DNA of 64,000 nt, taken from assembly GCA_043805735.1 (NCBI GenBank), contig JAZDHS010000004.1:583-64582 (forward strand), given 5' to 3'. The translations under genes and the position numbers were made by a program. Below the pieces are notes generated by a model that did not search any database, was not told the origin of the DNA, and saw only the letters and a list, made by a program, of their open reading frames with translations. This document shows positions 11,915-22,462 of the stretch, in pieces. The first letter of the stretch is position 1, and every line of letters begins with the position of its first letter. Source of the DNA: Candidatus Omnitrophota bacterium (GTDB lineage Bacteria; Omnitrophota; Gorgyraeia; JAFGHF01).

Positions 11915-13666
11915 GTGTCCAGAGAAAGCGTTAACCGCCGCCTTAATTTTGTATTTCTTTGCTTTATAGTACTTTTTTCTCTTCTTACCCTGCGCCTTCT
12001 ATATGTCCAGGTGTTTCAATCCACGCACTTAAGGAAGCTCGCCAGCCAACAACACAATATCTTCACCGAAATCCCTCCAGAGAGAGGCGTCATTTTTGAC
12101 CGCAAACTCACCCCTTTAGCAGTTAATAGTATTGCTTATTCTGCCTTTGCCACTCAAGAGGCAACGTATGAAGGGCTAGTTGCGCGCAAGCTCGATACGC
12201 TGTTGGGATTGAGCCGGGCTCTACTTAAGGAAAAATTAAAACTGGGGAAAAATTTTATTTGGCTCAAGAGGAAAATTCCCCCAGAAACATCTTTAAAAAT
12301 CAAGGAGTTACGTATTCCCGGGATTGACCTGATCAAGGAGAATAGAAGGTTTTATCCCGAAGGCCACTTAGCCTGCCATCTTTTAGGTTTTACCGATATT
12401 GATAATAAGGGATTGGAGGGTTTGGAGCTCTATTGCGATGCCTATCTTGCCGGGATCAAAGGCTGGCGTATGGCCCAGCGCGATGCCAAAAGAAGAGAAA
12501 TGGTCTGTTGGGGATATAAGACTATTTTGCCTACTGATGGCTACAATATTATTTTAACCATCGATAGCGTTATTCAAAGCATTACCGAGCGTCATTTGCG
12601 CAAGGCCGCCGAAAAATATAAAGTGGACTCGGCTACCGCCATCGTCATTGAGCCTAAAAGCGGAGAGATTTTAGCGTTATATAATTATCCTGATTACGAT
12701 ATCAATAACGCCGGTGAATACGATGCGTCGGTACGCCGAAATGTGGCCATTACGGATATGTTTGAGCCGGGTTCTTCATTTAAATTTGTCACCGCGGCCG
12801 CGGCATTAGAAGAGAAAAAAGTTGCTCCGACAGATGTATTTGATTGCGAAAATGGCGAATATGCCTTTGGCAGACGCGTCCTTCACGATTACCATCCCTA
12901 CGGTAACCTTACCTTTAAACAAGTAATTGAGAACTCCAGCAATATCGGAGTAGCTAAGATTGCGCTAATTTTAGGTAAGGACATGCTCTATAAATATATC
13001 CGCGCTTTTGGATTCGGCAGCCCTACGGGAATTGATTTATCCGGAGAAGTAGCGGGATATATCCGGCCGGTGGCCCAGTGGTCGAAGATATCAATTACTT
13101 CTCTGCCGATGGGGCAGGAGGTGAACGTAACGGCATTACAGTTAGTTTGCGCCATGGCGGCAGTGGCCAATGACGGCGTACTGATGAAACCGAAAATTAT
13201 TCGTTTTGTGCAAGATAAAGATGGCGAGGTGATTAAGTCCTTTCCGGCAGAGCAGGCGCGCCGGATAGTTTCCACTGAAACTGCCGACACGCTTACCGAA
13301 ATGCTCATCGGCGTGGTCGAGACCGGCACCGGTAAAAAGGCTCAAGTTGCCGGATATAAAACAGCAGGCAAGACCGGTACCGCCCAAAAAGCCAGGCCCG
13401 AAGGCGGATATTATGAACGTAAATACGTCTCAACCTTTGTCGGGTTTGTCCCGGCCGACGAGCCGATGATAGCCATTTTAGTAACCCTAAATGACCCCCA
13501 TCCGCAATATTTTGGCGGTACGGTTTGCGCGCCGGTGTTTGAAAAAATTGCCACCGAAACTATTCGTTATCTCAACATCGCCAAAAATATTGAGCAATTG
13601 CAGGCTGAACAAACACCGCTAGGAGAAGAAGAGGAAGAGGGCAATGAGACTCAAGGATTTAATTAA
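11915..13666 (+). CDS. ftsI: class B penicillin-binding protein FtsI (PBP3)
   Basis: RGVIFDR, EPGSSFK (SxxK), SSN, KTGT motifs; dcw position. Confidence 0.93.
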   Translation: MSRESVNRRLNFVFLCFIVLFSLLTLRLLYVQVFQSTHLRKLASQQHNIFTEIPPERGVIFDRKLTPLAVNSIAYSAFATQEATYEGLVARKLDTLLGLSRALLKEKLKLGKNFIWLKRKIPPETSLKIKELRIPGIDLIKENRRFYPEGHLACHLLGFTDIDNKGLEGLELYCDAYLAGIKGWRMAQRDAKRREMVCWGYKTILPTDGYNIILTIDSVIQSITERHLRKAAEKYKVDSATAIVIEPKSGEILALYNYPDYDINNAGEYDASVRRNVAITDMFEPGSSFKFVTAAAALEEKKVAPTDVFDCENGEYAFGRRVLHDYHPYGNLTFKQVIENSSNIGVAKIALILGKDMLYKYIRAFGFGSPTGIDLSGEVAGYIRPVAQWSKISITSLPMGQEVNVTALQLVCAMAAVANDGVLMKPKIIRFVQDKDGEVIKSFPAEQARRIVSTETADTLTEMLIGVVETGTGKKAQVAGYKTAGKTGTAQKARPEGGYYERKYVSTFVGFVPADEPMIAILVTLNDPHPQYFGGTVCAPVFEKIATETIRYLNIAKNIEQLQAEQTPLGEEEEEGNETQGFN

Positions 13667-15113
13667 AGACTTATCTTATAAAAAAGCCGAAAATTTGCAA
13701 GACGCAGAAATTACCGGCGTGGGTGTAAATTCCCATACCGTTTCACCCGGATATCTTTTCGTGGCCGTAAAAGGCGAACGGCTTGATGGCCACAATTTTG
13801 TGCCGGAGGCAATTGCTAAAGGCGCACGTGCCGTGGTTATAGAAAAAGATTTGCCGCTTTCCGCCTCCGTGGCAAAAATAGTGGTCGCGGATACACGCGC
13901 GGCGCTGATAAAACTCTGCGCCGCTTTTTTTGAACATCCGGCAGAAAAACTAAACAATGTGGGCATCACCGGGACTAACGGTAAAACTACGGTGTCATAT
14001 CTTATTGAGACGATGCTTGGTTACGCTGGATACAAAAGCGGCGTAATTGGGACGATCAACTACCGGGTAGCCGGAAAAAATTACCCTGCCACTAATACCA
14101 CGCCCGGGGCCGATATCCTGCATCGCTTTTTGCGAGAAATTGTCTCGGCGCAAGCTAAATATGCTATAATAGAAGTGTCCAGCCACGCCTTGGAGCAGAA
14201 AAGGACGAGCGGCATCCGTTTTCAAAGTGCGATCTTCACCAATTTGTCGGCCGAGCACCTCGACTATCATAAAACAATGGCCAATTATTTTACGGCTAAG
14301 GCACGGCTGTTCAGAGCGTTGGATAAAAAAGCCTGGGCGATTGTTAATACTGATGATGCCTATGGCCGAAAACTGGTTAAAATAACCAAGGCCCAAGTTT
14401 TGACGTACGGGCTGGCGCACGTGGCGGACATTCAGGCCCAGGGCCTGACCTTAGACGTGCGCGGGAGTCGTTTCACGGTTCGCACCCCGCAGGGAAGTTT
14501 TTTGGTTAACACGCCGCTGATCGGCGAACACAATATCTATAACATACTGGCCGCAATCGGATTTGCCTGTGCTGAACATCTCGACATGACGCCGGTCTTG
14601 GTGGCGTTAAAAAGCTTTAACGGTACTCCGGGCCGCCTGGAACGCGTTGAATGCGGTCAGGACTTTGCGGTTTTTATTGACTATGCCCATACTGATGCGG
14701 CGTTAAAAATAGTGTTGGACACGGTGCGGCGCTTGAGCCCGGGCCGGGTAATTGTAGTTTTTGGCTGTGGAGGGGATAGAGATAAACAAAAACGGCCGCG
14801 AATGGGAAAAGTGGCTACCGAGCGCGCCGACTCTGTCATTATTACTTGCGATAATCCGCGCAGCGAAAAACCCGAACAGATTGTTAACGATATCTTAAAA
14901 GGCATTAGCGCAAAAAAACACAATTATACGGTAGTGCTGGACAGGTATGCCGCAATTCGCGAGGCGTTAACGCAGGCCGAGGTTAATGATGTGGTTGTCA
15001 TCGCGGGAAAGGGCCATGAAAACGTGCAGATTTTCGCCGAGCGTACCGTTGCTTTTAGCGATCGCAGTTGCACAGAAGAAATTCTTAAATGTTTACCATT
15101 AGCGAAATCTTAA
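13644..15113 (+). CDS. murE: UDP-MurNAc-dipeptide--meso-DAP ligase
   Basis: GITGTNGKTT, EVSSH, DYAHT, DNPR (DAP-specificity motif), AGKGHE. Confidence 0.97.
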   Translation: MRLKDLIKDLSYKKAENLQDAEITGVGVNSHTVSPGYLFVAVKGERLDGHNFVPEAIAKGARAVVIEKDLPLSASVAKIVVADTRAALIKLCAAFFEHPAEKLNNVGITGTNGKTTVSYLIETMLGYAGYKSGVIGTINYRVAGKNYPATNTTPGADILHRFLREIVSAQAKYAIIEVSSHALEQKRTSGIRFQSAIFTNLSAEHLDYHKTMANYFTAKARLFRALDKKAWAIVNTDDAYGRKLVKITKAQVLTYGLAHVADIQAQGLTLDVRGSRFTVRTPQGSFLVNTPLIGEHNIYNILAAIGFACAEHLDMTPVLVALKSFNGTPGRLERVECGQDFAVFIDYAHTDAALKIVLDTVRRLSPGRVIVVFGCGGDRDKQKRPRMGKVATERADSVIITCDNPRSEKPEQIVNDILKGISAKKHNYTVVLDRYAAIREALTQAEVNDVVVIAGKGHENVQIFAERTVAFSDRSCTEEILKCLPLAKS

Positions 15114-16477
15114 ACGCCACCGGCGGAAAATTAGTAAATGGAGAGAAAGAAAAAAGCGTGGTCGGGGTATCGCTGGACTCGCGCACGGTAAAACCGGATG
15201 AGCTTTTTATTGCCCTGTCCGGTGAGCGTTACGATGGCCATGACTTTATTCAAGAGGCGCTGCGTAAAGGGGCGGGGGCAATTCTTTTTTCTCAACCCGA
15301 CCAAGATGTGCTCAAGGTCTCAGCGCGCGAGCTAAAAAAAGTACCGATGATCAGAGTAAAAAATACTATTTTTAGCCTAGGTGATTTAGCGCATTGGCAC
15401 AGGATGAAATTCCGTATCCCGGTTATCGGCATTACCGGCAGTAACGGCAAGACCACAACAAAAGAAATGCTCGCCGCCTTGTTGAGCACGCGTTATCGTT
15501 TGTTGTTTAATCCGGGCACGCAAAATAACCATATTGGCGTGCCTTTGACTTTGTTGCGCTTACGCAAAGAACATGCCATGTGCATTTTAGAAATGGGCAC
15601 CAACCATTTTGGTGAAATTGACCGACTCGCCCGTATCGCCCAGCCGACGATGGCCGTGATTACCAATATTGGCCCATCCCACCTTGAGTTTCTTAAAACC
15701 TTAGCTGGAGTTCGTAAAGCCAAGCTGGAACTCTTGCCTTATTTACCTAAAGGCGCAAAGGTGATTATTAATCGCGATGACCGGATTTTGTTTCCTTTGA
15801 AAAAGGCTTCGGCCAATGCTATTACCTTTGGTTTTAATCCAGATGCGCAGTATCGAGCGGAAGTAATCAAGCAGTCCGCAAAAGGCATCAATTTCCGTTT
15901 AAATCATAAGCAGAAATTTTTCTTGCCGCTGTTCGGCCGCCATAATATTTATAATGCCTTAGCCAGCATTACCGCTGCCCGCTGTTTTGGACTATCCTAT
16001 CAGGCGATGCAAGAGGCGTTGGCAGTTTTTAAGCCGCTACCGATGCGGATGCAAACAGTCTCGCACGATGGCGTGACGCTGTTTGTCGATTGCTATAATT
16101 CTAACCCGGCATCGATGGCTTACGCGCTTGATTTTTTGAAAGATTACGCTACCCAGGGTAGAAGGATCGCGATTTTTGGCGATATGCTGGAGTTAGGCGC
16201 GCGCGCAGCTGAAATCCACGCCCAGATTGGCCGAAAAATAGTTAAGAGTAACATTGATATTTTGATTTCTGTTGGCAAGTTGGCAAAACATATCGTTCGC
16301 GGCGCTCACGGTGCGGGAATGCCGCGTAAAACAGCACGTACTTGTCGCACCGCGGAAGAGGCGGCCGCGCTTTTAGGCAGCCTCGTCGGCCCTGGCGATA
16401 TCGTCTTAGTCAAAGGTTCGCGGGCAATGAAAATGGAGAACACACTTAAATGTTTTACTGGCTTTTCTATCCATTAA
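15089..16477 (+). CDS. murF: UDP-MurNAc-tripeptide--D-Ala-D-Ala ligase
   Basis: ITGSNGKTTTKE, DCYNSNP, GDMLELG, VKGSR. Confidence 0.97.
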   Translation: MFTISEILNATGGKLVNGEKEKSVVGVSLDSRTVKPDELFIALSGERYDGHDFIQEALRKGAGAILFSQPDQDVLKVSARELKKVPMIRVKNTIFSLGDLAHWHRMKFRIPVIGITGSNGKTTTKEMLAALLSTRYRLLFNPGTQNNHIGVPLTLLRLRKEHAMCILEMGTNHFGEIDRLARIAQPTMAVITNIGPSHLEFLKTLAGVRKAKLELLPYLPKGAKVIINRDDRILFPLKKASANAITFGFNPDAQYRAEVIKQSAKGINFRLNHKQKFFLPLFGRHNIYNALASITAARCFGLSYQAMQEALAVFKPLPMRMQTVSHDGVTLFVDCYNSNPASMAYALDFLKDYATQGRRIAIFGDMLELGARAAEIHAQIGRKIVKSNIDILISVGKLAKHIVRGAHGAGMPRKTARTCRTAEEAAALLGSLVGPGDIVLVKGSRAMKMENTLKCFTGFSIH

Positions 16478-17541
16478 GAGAGATATTTTTTGGCTTTAAT
16501 GTCTTCCGCTACATCACCTTTCGGGCGGCAATGGCCAGCGTCACGGCCTTTATTTTGTGCATGTGCATGGGGCCCTGGCTGATTAAAAAACTGACCAAAC
16601 TCAAAATCGGTGAAAATATTATTGATGAGAAAACCTCTCCGTATCTGCATCAGCTGCACAGTGGGAAAAAGGGCGTACCGACGATGGGCGGGCTCTTAAT
16701 TTTATTTGCCGCGTTGACCTCCACGGTTCTTTGGGCGAGGCTGGATAACCGTTATGTCGGGGTCGTGCTTTTCTCGACGTTCTGGCTGGGTATCGTCGGT
16801 TTCTTGGATGATTACATCAAGTTAGTGAACAAACGTTCCAAGGGGCTGACTGCGGGAATGAAATTAGTCGGGCAGGGCATTTTAGCCTTAAGCGTGGGCC
16901 TGTTTGCCTTTTACGACCCCAATCTTGGCAGCAACGTTACTGTGCCGTTTTTAAAAGATGTTGTTATTCCGTTGGGTGTTTTGTACATTTTCTTTGTTGC
17001 CTTCGTGATTATCGGTTCTTCTAACGCGGTTAATCTCACCGACGGTTTAGATGGCCTGGCCATCGGTTGCGTGATGATGGTGGCGCTTACTTACAGTATC
17101 TTCAGCTATGTCACCGGCCACGCCAAATTCAGCGAATATTTACAGATTGCCTATGTGCCGGGAACCGGAGAACTGGCCATTTTTTGCGCGGCCGTAATGG
17201 GGGCGTCGATTGGATTCTTGTGGTTTAATGCCCATCCGGCCGAGGTGTTTATGGGTGATACCGGGTCGTTGGCTTTGGGTGGGGCGATTGGAACTGTAGC
17301 GGTATTAATCAAGAAAGAGCTGCTCCTGGTTTTAGCCGGTGGAATTTTCGCGGCCGAGGCCTTGTCGGTAATTTTACAAGTCGTCTCGTTTAAATTGCGC
17401 GGTAAGAGAATTTTTCGCGTGGCGCCGCTACACCACCATTTTCAGTTTATGGGGATGCCGGAGTCGAAAGTAACGATTCGCTTTTGGATTGTTTCGGTAA
17501 TGTTAGCGCTTTTGTCTTTGGCGACGCTCAAGTTACGCTAG
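16450..17541 (+). CDS. mraY: phospho-MurNAc-pentapeptide transferase
   Basis: PTMGG, NAVNLTDGLDGL, FMGDTGS, APLHHHF. Confidence 0.98.
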   Translation: MFYWLFYPLREIFFGFNVFRYITFRAAMASVTAFILCMCMGPWLIKKLTKLKIGENIIDEKTSPYLHQLHSGKKGVPTMGGLLILFAALTSTVLWARLDNRYVGVVLFSTFWLGIVGFLDDYIKLVNKRSKGLTAGMKLVGQGILALSVGLFAFYDPNLGSNVTVPFLKDVVIPLGVLYIFFVAFVIIGSSNAVNLTDGLDGLAIGCVMMVALTYSIFSYVTGHAKFSEYLQIAYVPGTGELAIFCAAVMGASIGFLWFNAHPAEVFMGDTGSLALGGAIGTVAVLIKKELLLVLAGGIFAAEALSVILQVVSFKLRGKRIFRVAPLHHHFQFMGMPESKVTIRFWIVSVMLALLSLATLKLR

Positions 17542-17563
17542 AGAAAGTATTGCCGAAGGAGAA

Positions 17564-18841
17564 ATGATGGAGCTTAAGGGAAAAAAAGTAACTGTAGTCG
17601 GTTTAGGCAAAAGTGGAGTAGCCGCCTGTAATCTTCTGGTGAAAAAAGGGGCCCAGGTGTGCCTTACCGAGGCGCAGGATAACCCCAAGATTAGAGAAAC
17701 CCTTAAAGGCTTGGATCCGAGAGTGCAGGATATTGAAATAGGGGGGCACAGCGAACGATTTATCCAAGATCAGGATTTGGTGGTGACCTCACCCGGCGTG
17801 GCGCTTAAATCTTTACCGCTAAAGTGGGCTCAAGAAAAAGCAATCCCGGTTATCGCTGAGGTGGAATTAGCCTTTCGTTTTTGTCCGGCGCCGGTAGTGG
17901 CGATTAGCGGCACCAACGGTAAAACCACGGTCACTACTCTTACCGGAAGAGTCATCGAGGCGGCGGGGCGCAGGGCAATAGTCTGCGGCAATATCGGCAA
18001 TCCTTTTAGCGGCGAAGTGCAGCGGATTGGCCCTGAGGATTTAGTGGTGCTGGAAATCAGCTCCTTTCAGCTTGAAACTATTGCGAGTTTCCGGCCTAAA
18101 GTAGCGGCGATTTTAAATGTCACCGCCGACCATCTGGACCGGCACGCTGATTTTAATGAGTATGTTCAAGCGAAATGCCGCATTTTTATGAATCAGACCG
18201 CCGATGATTGGGCGGTATTTAGAGAAGACAATGATGCGCGGTTTTCCTTTTCACGTAAGACGAAAGCAAAAGTGCGTTATTATACGCGCACTATTTCCCA
18301 CGACGAAAGAGTAAAGGGCTTCAATGACAATTTTCTGGCCGTAATGGCGATTACCGCGGCGTTGGGTATTGACGAGCGGGTGGCGGTAGAGACCTGCGCC
18401 AATTTTAAAGGGATTGAGCACCGCTTGGAAGAAGTGGAGCAGATCCACGGGGTCACCTTTATTAACGATTCCAAAGGTACCAATGTCGATTCGACCCTCT
18501 GGGCGCTTGATGTAGTCAAACAACCGATAATTTTGATTGCCGGGGGAAGGGATAAGGATAGTGATTTTACTTTGATTCGAGACGTAATGCAAAAACGTGT
18601 TGTGGCGATGGTCTTGCTGGGCGAGGCTAAGGATAAGATGTTGCGGGCCTTCTCCGATATCGTGCCGACGCACACTGCGGCGACGTTAGCCGAGGCGGTC
18701 GAGTGCGCCTTTCGTATCGCCCAACCCGGATATTCGGTCTTATTTTCTCCGATGTGCGCAAGTTTTGATATGTTTGCCAATTACATTGAACGAGGAAACA
18801 TCTTTAAAGGGCTAGTGCGCCAGTTATCCCAACGGTCATAA
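17564..18841 (+). CDS. murD: UDP-MurNAc-L-Ala--D-Glu ligase
   Basis: GLGKSG, GTNGKTT, EISSFQL, NDSKGTN, SPMCASFDMF. Confidence 0.97.
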   Translation: MMELKGKKVTVVGLGKSGVAACNLLVKKGAQVCLTEAQDNPKIRETLKGLDPRVQDIEIGGHSERFIQDQDLVVTSPGVALKSLPLKWAQEKAIPVIAEVELAFRFCPAPVVAISGTNGKTTVTTLTGRVIEAAGRRAIVCGNIGNPFSGEVQRIGPEDLVVLEISSFQLETIASFRPKVAAILNVTADHLDRHADFNEYVQAKCRIFMNQTADDWAVFREDNDARFSFSRKTKAKVRYYTRTISHDERVKGFNDNFLAVMAITAALGIDERVAVETCANFKGIEHRLEEVEQIHGVTFINDSKGTNVDSTLWALDVVKQPIILIAGGRDKDSDFTLIRDVMQKRVVAMVLLGEAKDKMLRAFSDIVPTHTAATLAEAVECAFRIAQPGYSVLFSPMCASFDMFANYIERGNIFKGLVRQLSQRS

Positions 18842-18857
18842 CCTCTCTCGATAATTT

Positions 18858-19961
18858 ATGCGCCGAATAAGAATTTCTATTTTTATGATTGTGGTTACGC
18901 TCTTATGTATCGGAGTGGTGATGGTCTACAGTTCCAGCGCCATGTTTTCCTATGACCGCTACCGTTCGACCACTTTTTTTCTCAGCCATCATCTGTTGCA
19001 TCTGCTCATTGGTATGGTGCTTGCCGCTTTCGTCATGAGTATTGATTTGCTGCTTTTGCGGCGTTGGATTAAACCGCTGTTTATCTTTTCGGTGTTTTTA
19101 CTGTTTATTGTCTTTATTCCTGCCGTTGGCAAGACGGTAGGCGGCGCGCGGCGTTGGATAAAAATCGGCAGTTTTGCTTTTCAGCCGAGCGAATTGGTCC
19201 GCTGGACCACCGTTTTATTTCTTGCCGATGCCTTAGCCCAAAAAGTAAAAGAAAATATGCATCAGCTACGCGATTTTTTTGGGCTTTTGGCCATCAGTGG
19301 TGGCGTGTCGGCGCTGATACTAATCCAACCGGATTTGGGTGGGGCGCTTTCGGTAGCGGTGGTCAGTATGGTGTTGTTTTTTGTGGTCGGGATGAACATG
19401 CGGCATATCCTGGCGATGTTGTTGGCGTGTTTGCCAGTGCTTTATTTCGCAATTTTTCTTGTCCCCTACCGTAGGAAAAGGATTTTTGCTTTTCTTAATC
19501 CCTGGGCCGATGCGCGCGGGATCGGTTTTCAAATGGTCCAATCCTATCTGGCCTTAGGCCTGGGTGGAATTTTTGGCGTGGGTTTAGGGCAGAGCAAGCA
19601 GAAGCTGTTTTATCTTCCGGCCGCGCATACCGATTTTATTTTCTCCATTATCGGTGAAGAACTAGGCCTGATCGGCACTATCGCGATTATTGTGCTATTC
19701 ATGCTTTTTTTCTGGCAGGGTATCCGCATTGCCTTGCGTTGCGCGGATAGTTTTATTCAACTGCTCAGTTTTGGAATAGTGGCCACTATTGTCTTCTCAA
19801 CGTTAGTGCATATTGCGGTCGTCTGCGGGGCCGTGCCCACCAAGGGTTTGCCTCTACCCTTTATTAGCTACGGCGGGTCAGCCTTGGTTTTTAATATGGC
19901 GGCAGTGGGGTTATTGTTAAATATTTCCCGGGACCGTTATTGCGGGGGAGAGGTAAAATGA
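18858..19961 (+). CDS. ftsW: SEDS peptidoglycan polymerase FtsW
   Basis: GARRWI, QPSE, QPDLG, HTDFIFSIIGEELG, LPFISYGGS. Confidence 0.96.
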   Translation: MRRIRISIFMIVVTLLCIGVVMVYSSSAMFSYDRYRSTTFFLSHHLLHLLIGMVLAAFVMSIDLLLLRRWIKPLFIFSVFLLFIVFIPAVGKTVGGARRWIKIGSFAFQPSELVRWTTVLFLADALAQKVKENMHQLRDFFGLLAISGGVSALILIQPDLGGALSVAVVSMVLFFVVGMNMRHILAMLLACLPVLYFAIFLVPYRRKRIFAFLNPWADARGIGFQMVQSYLALGLGGIFGVGLGQSKQKLFYLPAAHTDFIFSIIGEELGLIGTIAIIVLFMLFFWQGIRIALRCADSFIQLLSFGIVATIVFSTLVHIAVVCGAVPTKGLPLPFISYGGSALVFNMAAVGLLLNISRDRYCGGEVK

Positions 19962-21079
19962 GGGTTTTGATTGCCTGCGGGGGTACCGCCGGGCATATAT
20001 TTCCCGGAGCGGCTTTGGCCGAGGAGCTAAAAAAATATAATGAGCATTCGCATATCGTGCTTGTTGTTTCCGGGCGCGCTCGCGATAAAGAATATCTCGA
20101 GGCGGCAAAATTTTTTTTAAAAGGTGTTGCGCTTGAACATATTATTTCCGCGCCTTTACCCTATACCTTTTCCTGGAAATTAATCCCTTTTGGCTTTAAA
20201 TTACTGGCGGCGCTTACTCAGTCGTTAGTCATTGTGCTGCGCCATCGGCCTTATGTTGTTGTTGGATTTGGCGGCTATATTTCGTTTGCGCCGGTGTGTA
20301 TTGCCCGGATCTTAAGAATTCCGACGCTGATTCATGAGCAAAATCTTATTCCCGGAAGGGCGAATCATTACTTAACCCGCTGGGTGAAAAAAATAGCTAC
20401 CTCTTTCGAGGAGACTAAGCGTTATTTCTCCGCAGCGCAGCTGGAGAATAAAATTGTCCACACCGGGCTGCCACTGCGCCGTGATTTTGTGTTAACCATG
20501 GATAGCGCCGGGCTGCGCCATAGCCCGCAAGATAAGGAAAAATGTACTATTCTTGTGGTCGGAGGCAGCCAGGGCGCTCAGGCCATTAATGCCCTGGTGC
20601 TGGAGAGCATCAGTAAAATGAGCCGGGAGCAATTAGCGAAGATCCGGGTAATTCATCTTACCGGAAAGTCCGACTATCGCCTGGTTAAAAACCAGTATGA
20701 TAAATTGGCGCTGGAGCATTTGGTTTATGATTTTTTTGAAGATATGCCCAGCGTCTACCGCATTGCCGATTTAATTATCGGCCGTTCCGGCGCTAGCACT
20801 ATTTTTGAGGCCGCCTGTTTTGGGCTACCCTGTATTTTAATTCCCTATCCGCACGGGACACTCCATCAGAAGGAGAATGCCCTGTTTTTACAGCGCCGCG
20901 GCGCGGCCTTAATGCTTGATGAAGGCACCGCCCGGGCGCAGGACTTACAAAAAATGATCTTGGAACTTATTGAAAACCCGGATGCGCGTCATGCGCTCTC
21001 CAAAAGTATCAGTTCGTTAAGGGTGCCCAACGCGCGCAAGAATCTTATCGACCTGGTGTATTCTTTACGTAAGGAATAG
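19958..21079 (+). CDS. murG: lipid II GlcNAc transferase
   Basis: GGTAGHIFP, HEQN, GGSQGA; ATGA overlap with ftsW. Confidence 0.96.
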   Translation: MRVLIACGGTAGHIFPGAALAEELKKYNEHSHIVLVVSGRARDKEYLEAAKFFLKGVALEHIISAPLPYTFSWKLIPFGFKLLAALTQSLVIVLRHRPYVVVGFGGYISFAPVCIARILRIPTLIHEQNLIPGRANHYLTRWVKKIATSFEETKRYFSAAQLENKIVHTGLPLRRDFVLTMDSAGLRHSPQDKEKCTILVVGGSQGAQAINALVLESISKMSREQLAKIRVIHLTGKSDYRLVKNQYDKLALEHLVYDFFEDMPSVYRIADLIIGRSGASTIFEAACFGLPCILIPYPHGTLHQKENALFLQRRGAALMLDEGTARAQDLQKMILELIENPDARHALSKSISSLRVPNARKNLIDLVYSLRKE

Positions 21080-21082
21080 ACG

Positions 21083-22462
21083 GTGTTTAGCAATCAAAAA
21101 AAAGTACATTTAATGGGAATTGGCGGAATTGGGATGAGCGGAATCGCGCAAATTCTTTTAGCCCAAGGTTGCCGGGTGAGCGGCTGTGATGTCAAGGCCT
21201 CCAGCTTAACGGAAAAGCTGCAACAGCTGGGAGCGAATATTGTTATCGGCCATGCGCCGGACCATCTTGATGATGTCGAAGTGCTGGTTTATAGTTCGGC
21301 CATCGCCAAAGACAATCCGGAGCTCGTTGGGGCGTATGCGCGTAACCTCGTGGTGTTATGGCGAGCCCAGGCGCTGGCGCTTTTAGCCAATCAAAAAAAG
21401 ACCATTTCCGTTACCGGGGCTCACGGCAAAACTACCACCTCTTCGATGATTGCCCATATCTTGGCTAAGTGCAATCTTAAACCGACGATTTGCGTCGGGG
21501 GTGAGCTCTTCAGCTTAAACGGTAATGCCTTCCGCGGCGAAAGCAATTATTTTGTCTTGGAGGCCGATGAAAGCGACGGTTCTTTTCTGCATCTAGCCCC
21601 CTTATATTCAGTGGTGACGAATATTGACCGCGAACATTTGGATTATTACCGGGATTTAGAGCACATTTGCGCTACCTTTCGCGCCTTTTTGAGTAATACC
21701 AGAAAAGAAGGCGCAATTTTCTTTTGCCAGGATGATCCGATGTTGTCAAAAGTAGTGAGTTCTCTTGGTATTACTGCGCTGGGCTATGGATTTTCTGCGG
21801 ATGCCGCCGTTACCGCCCGCGATATCGTGGTCGAAAGTGGGCGAAGCCGCTTTACCTTTTTTGAACGCGAAAAAGCTCTTGGTGAAGTAACTTTAGAAAT
21901 TCCCGGCCGGCATAATATCTCCAACGCCCTGGCGGCAATCGCGGTAGGTTTGAAAATTGGTTTGGATTTTTCGGCTATTTGCCAAGCACTTACTTCTTTT
22001 AAAGGCGTAAGACGGCGCATGGAATTGAAGCTTCGCGAAAAAGGTATTTTGGTGTTTGAAGATTACGCCCATCACCCCACGGAAATCAAAGTGACCTTGG
22101 AGGCCTTAAAGACTTTTGGGCCGAAAAGGATACTGGCTGTATTTCAGCCACACCGCTACAGCCGGACCAAATTTTTGTTGCCTGAATTTGGCCGCTGCTT
22201 TGCCGGTGTCGACCAGCTCATTGTCACCGATATTTATGCCGCCAGCGAAACGCCTATTGCGGGAATAAGCGGCCGCTGCGTTTGCCAGGAAGCGGAAAAA
22301 GCGAAGGTACGGGAAGTCTTTTTTCTGCCGAAGCAAGAAATCGTTGCCCACCTTTTAGGACAACTGCGCCCGGGAGATCTCGTAGCCATTATGGGGGCAG
22401 GGGACATAGGAAACCTTTCCAATGTATTGGCTGAAGCGGTTAAAAAGTCGGATCAACTTTAA
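21083..22462 (+). CDS. murC: UDP-MurNAc--L-alanine ligase
   Basis: GIGGIGMSG, GAHGKTTT, EADESDGSF, DYAHHPTE, FQPHRYSRT. Confidence 0.98.
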   Translation: MFSNQKKVHLMGIGGIGMSGIAQILLAQGCRVSGCDVKASSLTEKLQQLGANIVIGHAPDHLDDVEVLVYSSAIAKDNPELVGAYARNLVVLWRAQALALLANQKKTISVTGAHGKTTTSSMIAHILAKCNLKPTICVGGELFSLNGNAFRGESNYFVLEADESDGSFLHLAPLYSVVTNIDREHLDYYRDLEHICATFRAFLSNTRKEGAIFFCQDDPMLSKVVSSLGITALGYGFSADAAVTARDIVVESGRSRFTFFEREKALGEVTLEIPGRHNISNALAAIAVGLKIGLDFSAICQALTSFKGVRRRMELKLREKGILVFEDYAHHPTEIKVTLEALKTFGPKRILAVFQPHRYSRTKFLLPEFGRCFAGVDQLIVTDIYAASETPIAGISGRCVCQEAEKAKVREVFFLPKQEIVAHLLGQLRPGDLVAIMGAGDIGNLSNVLAEAVKKSDQL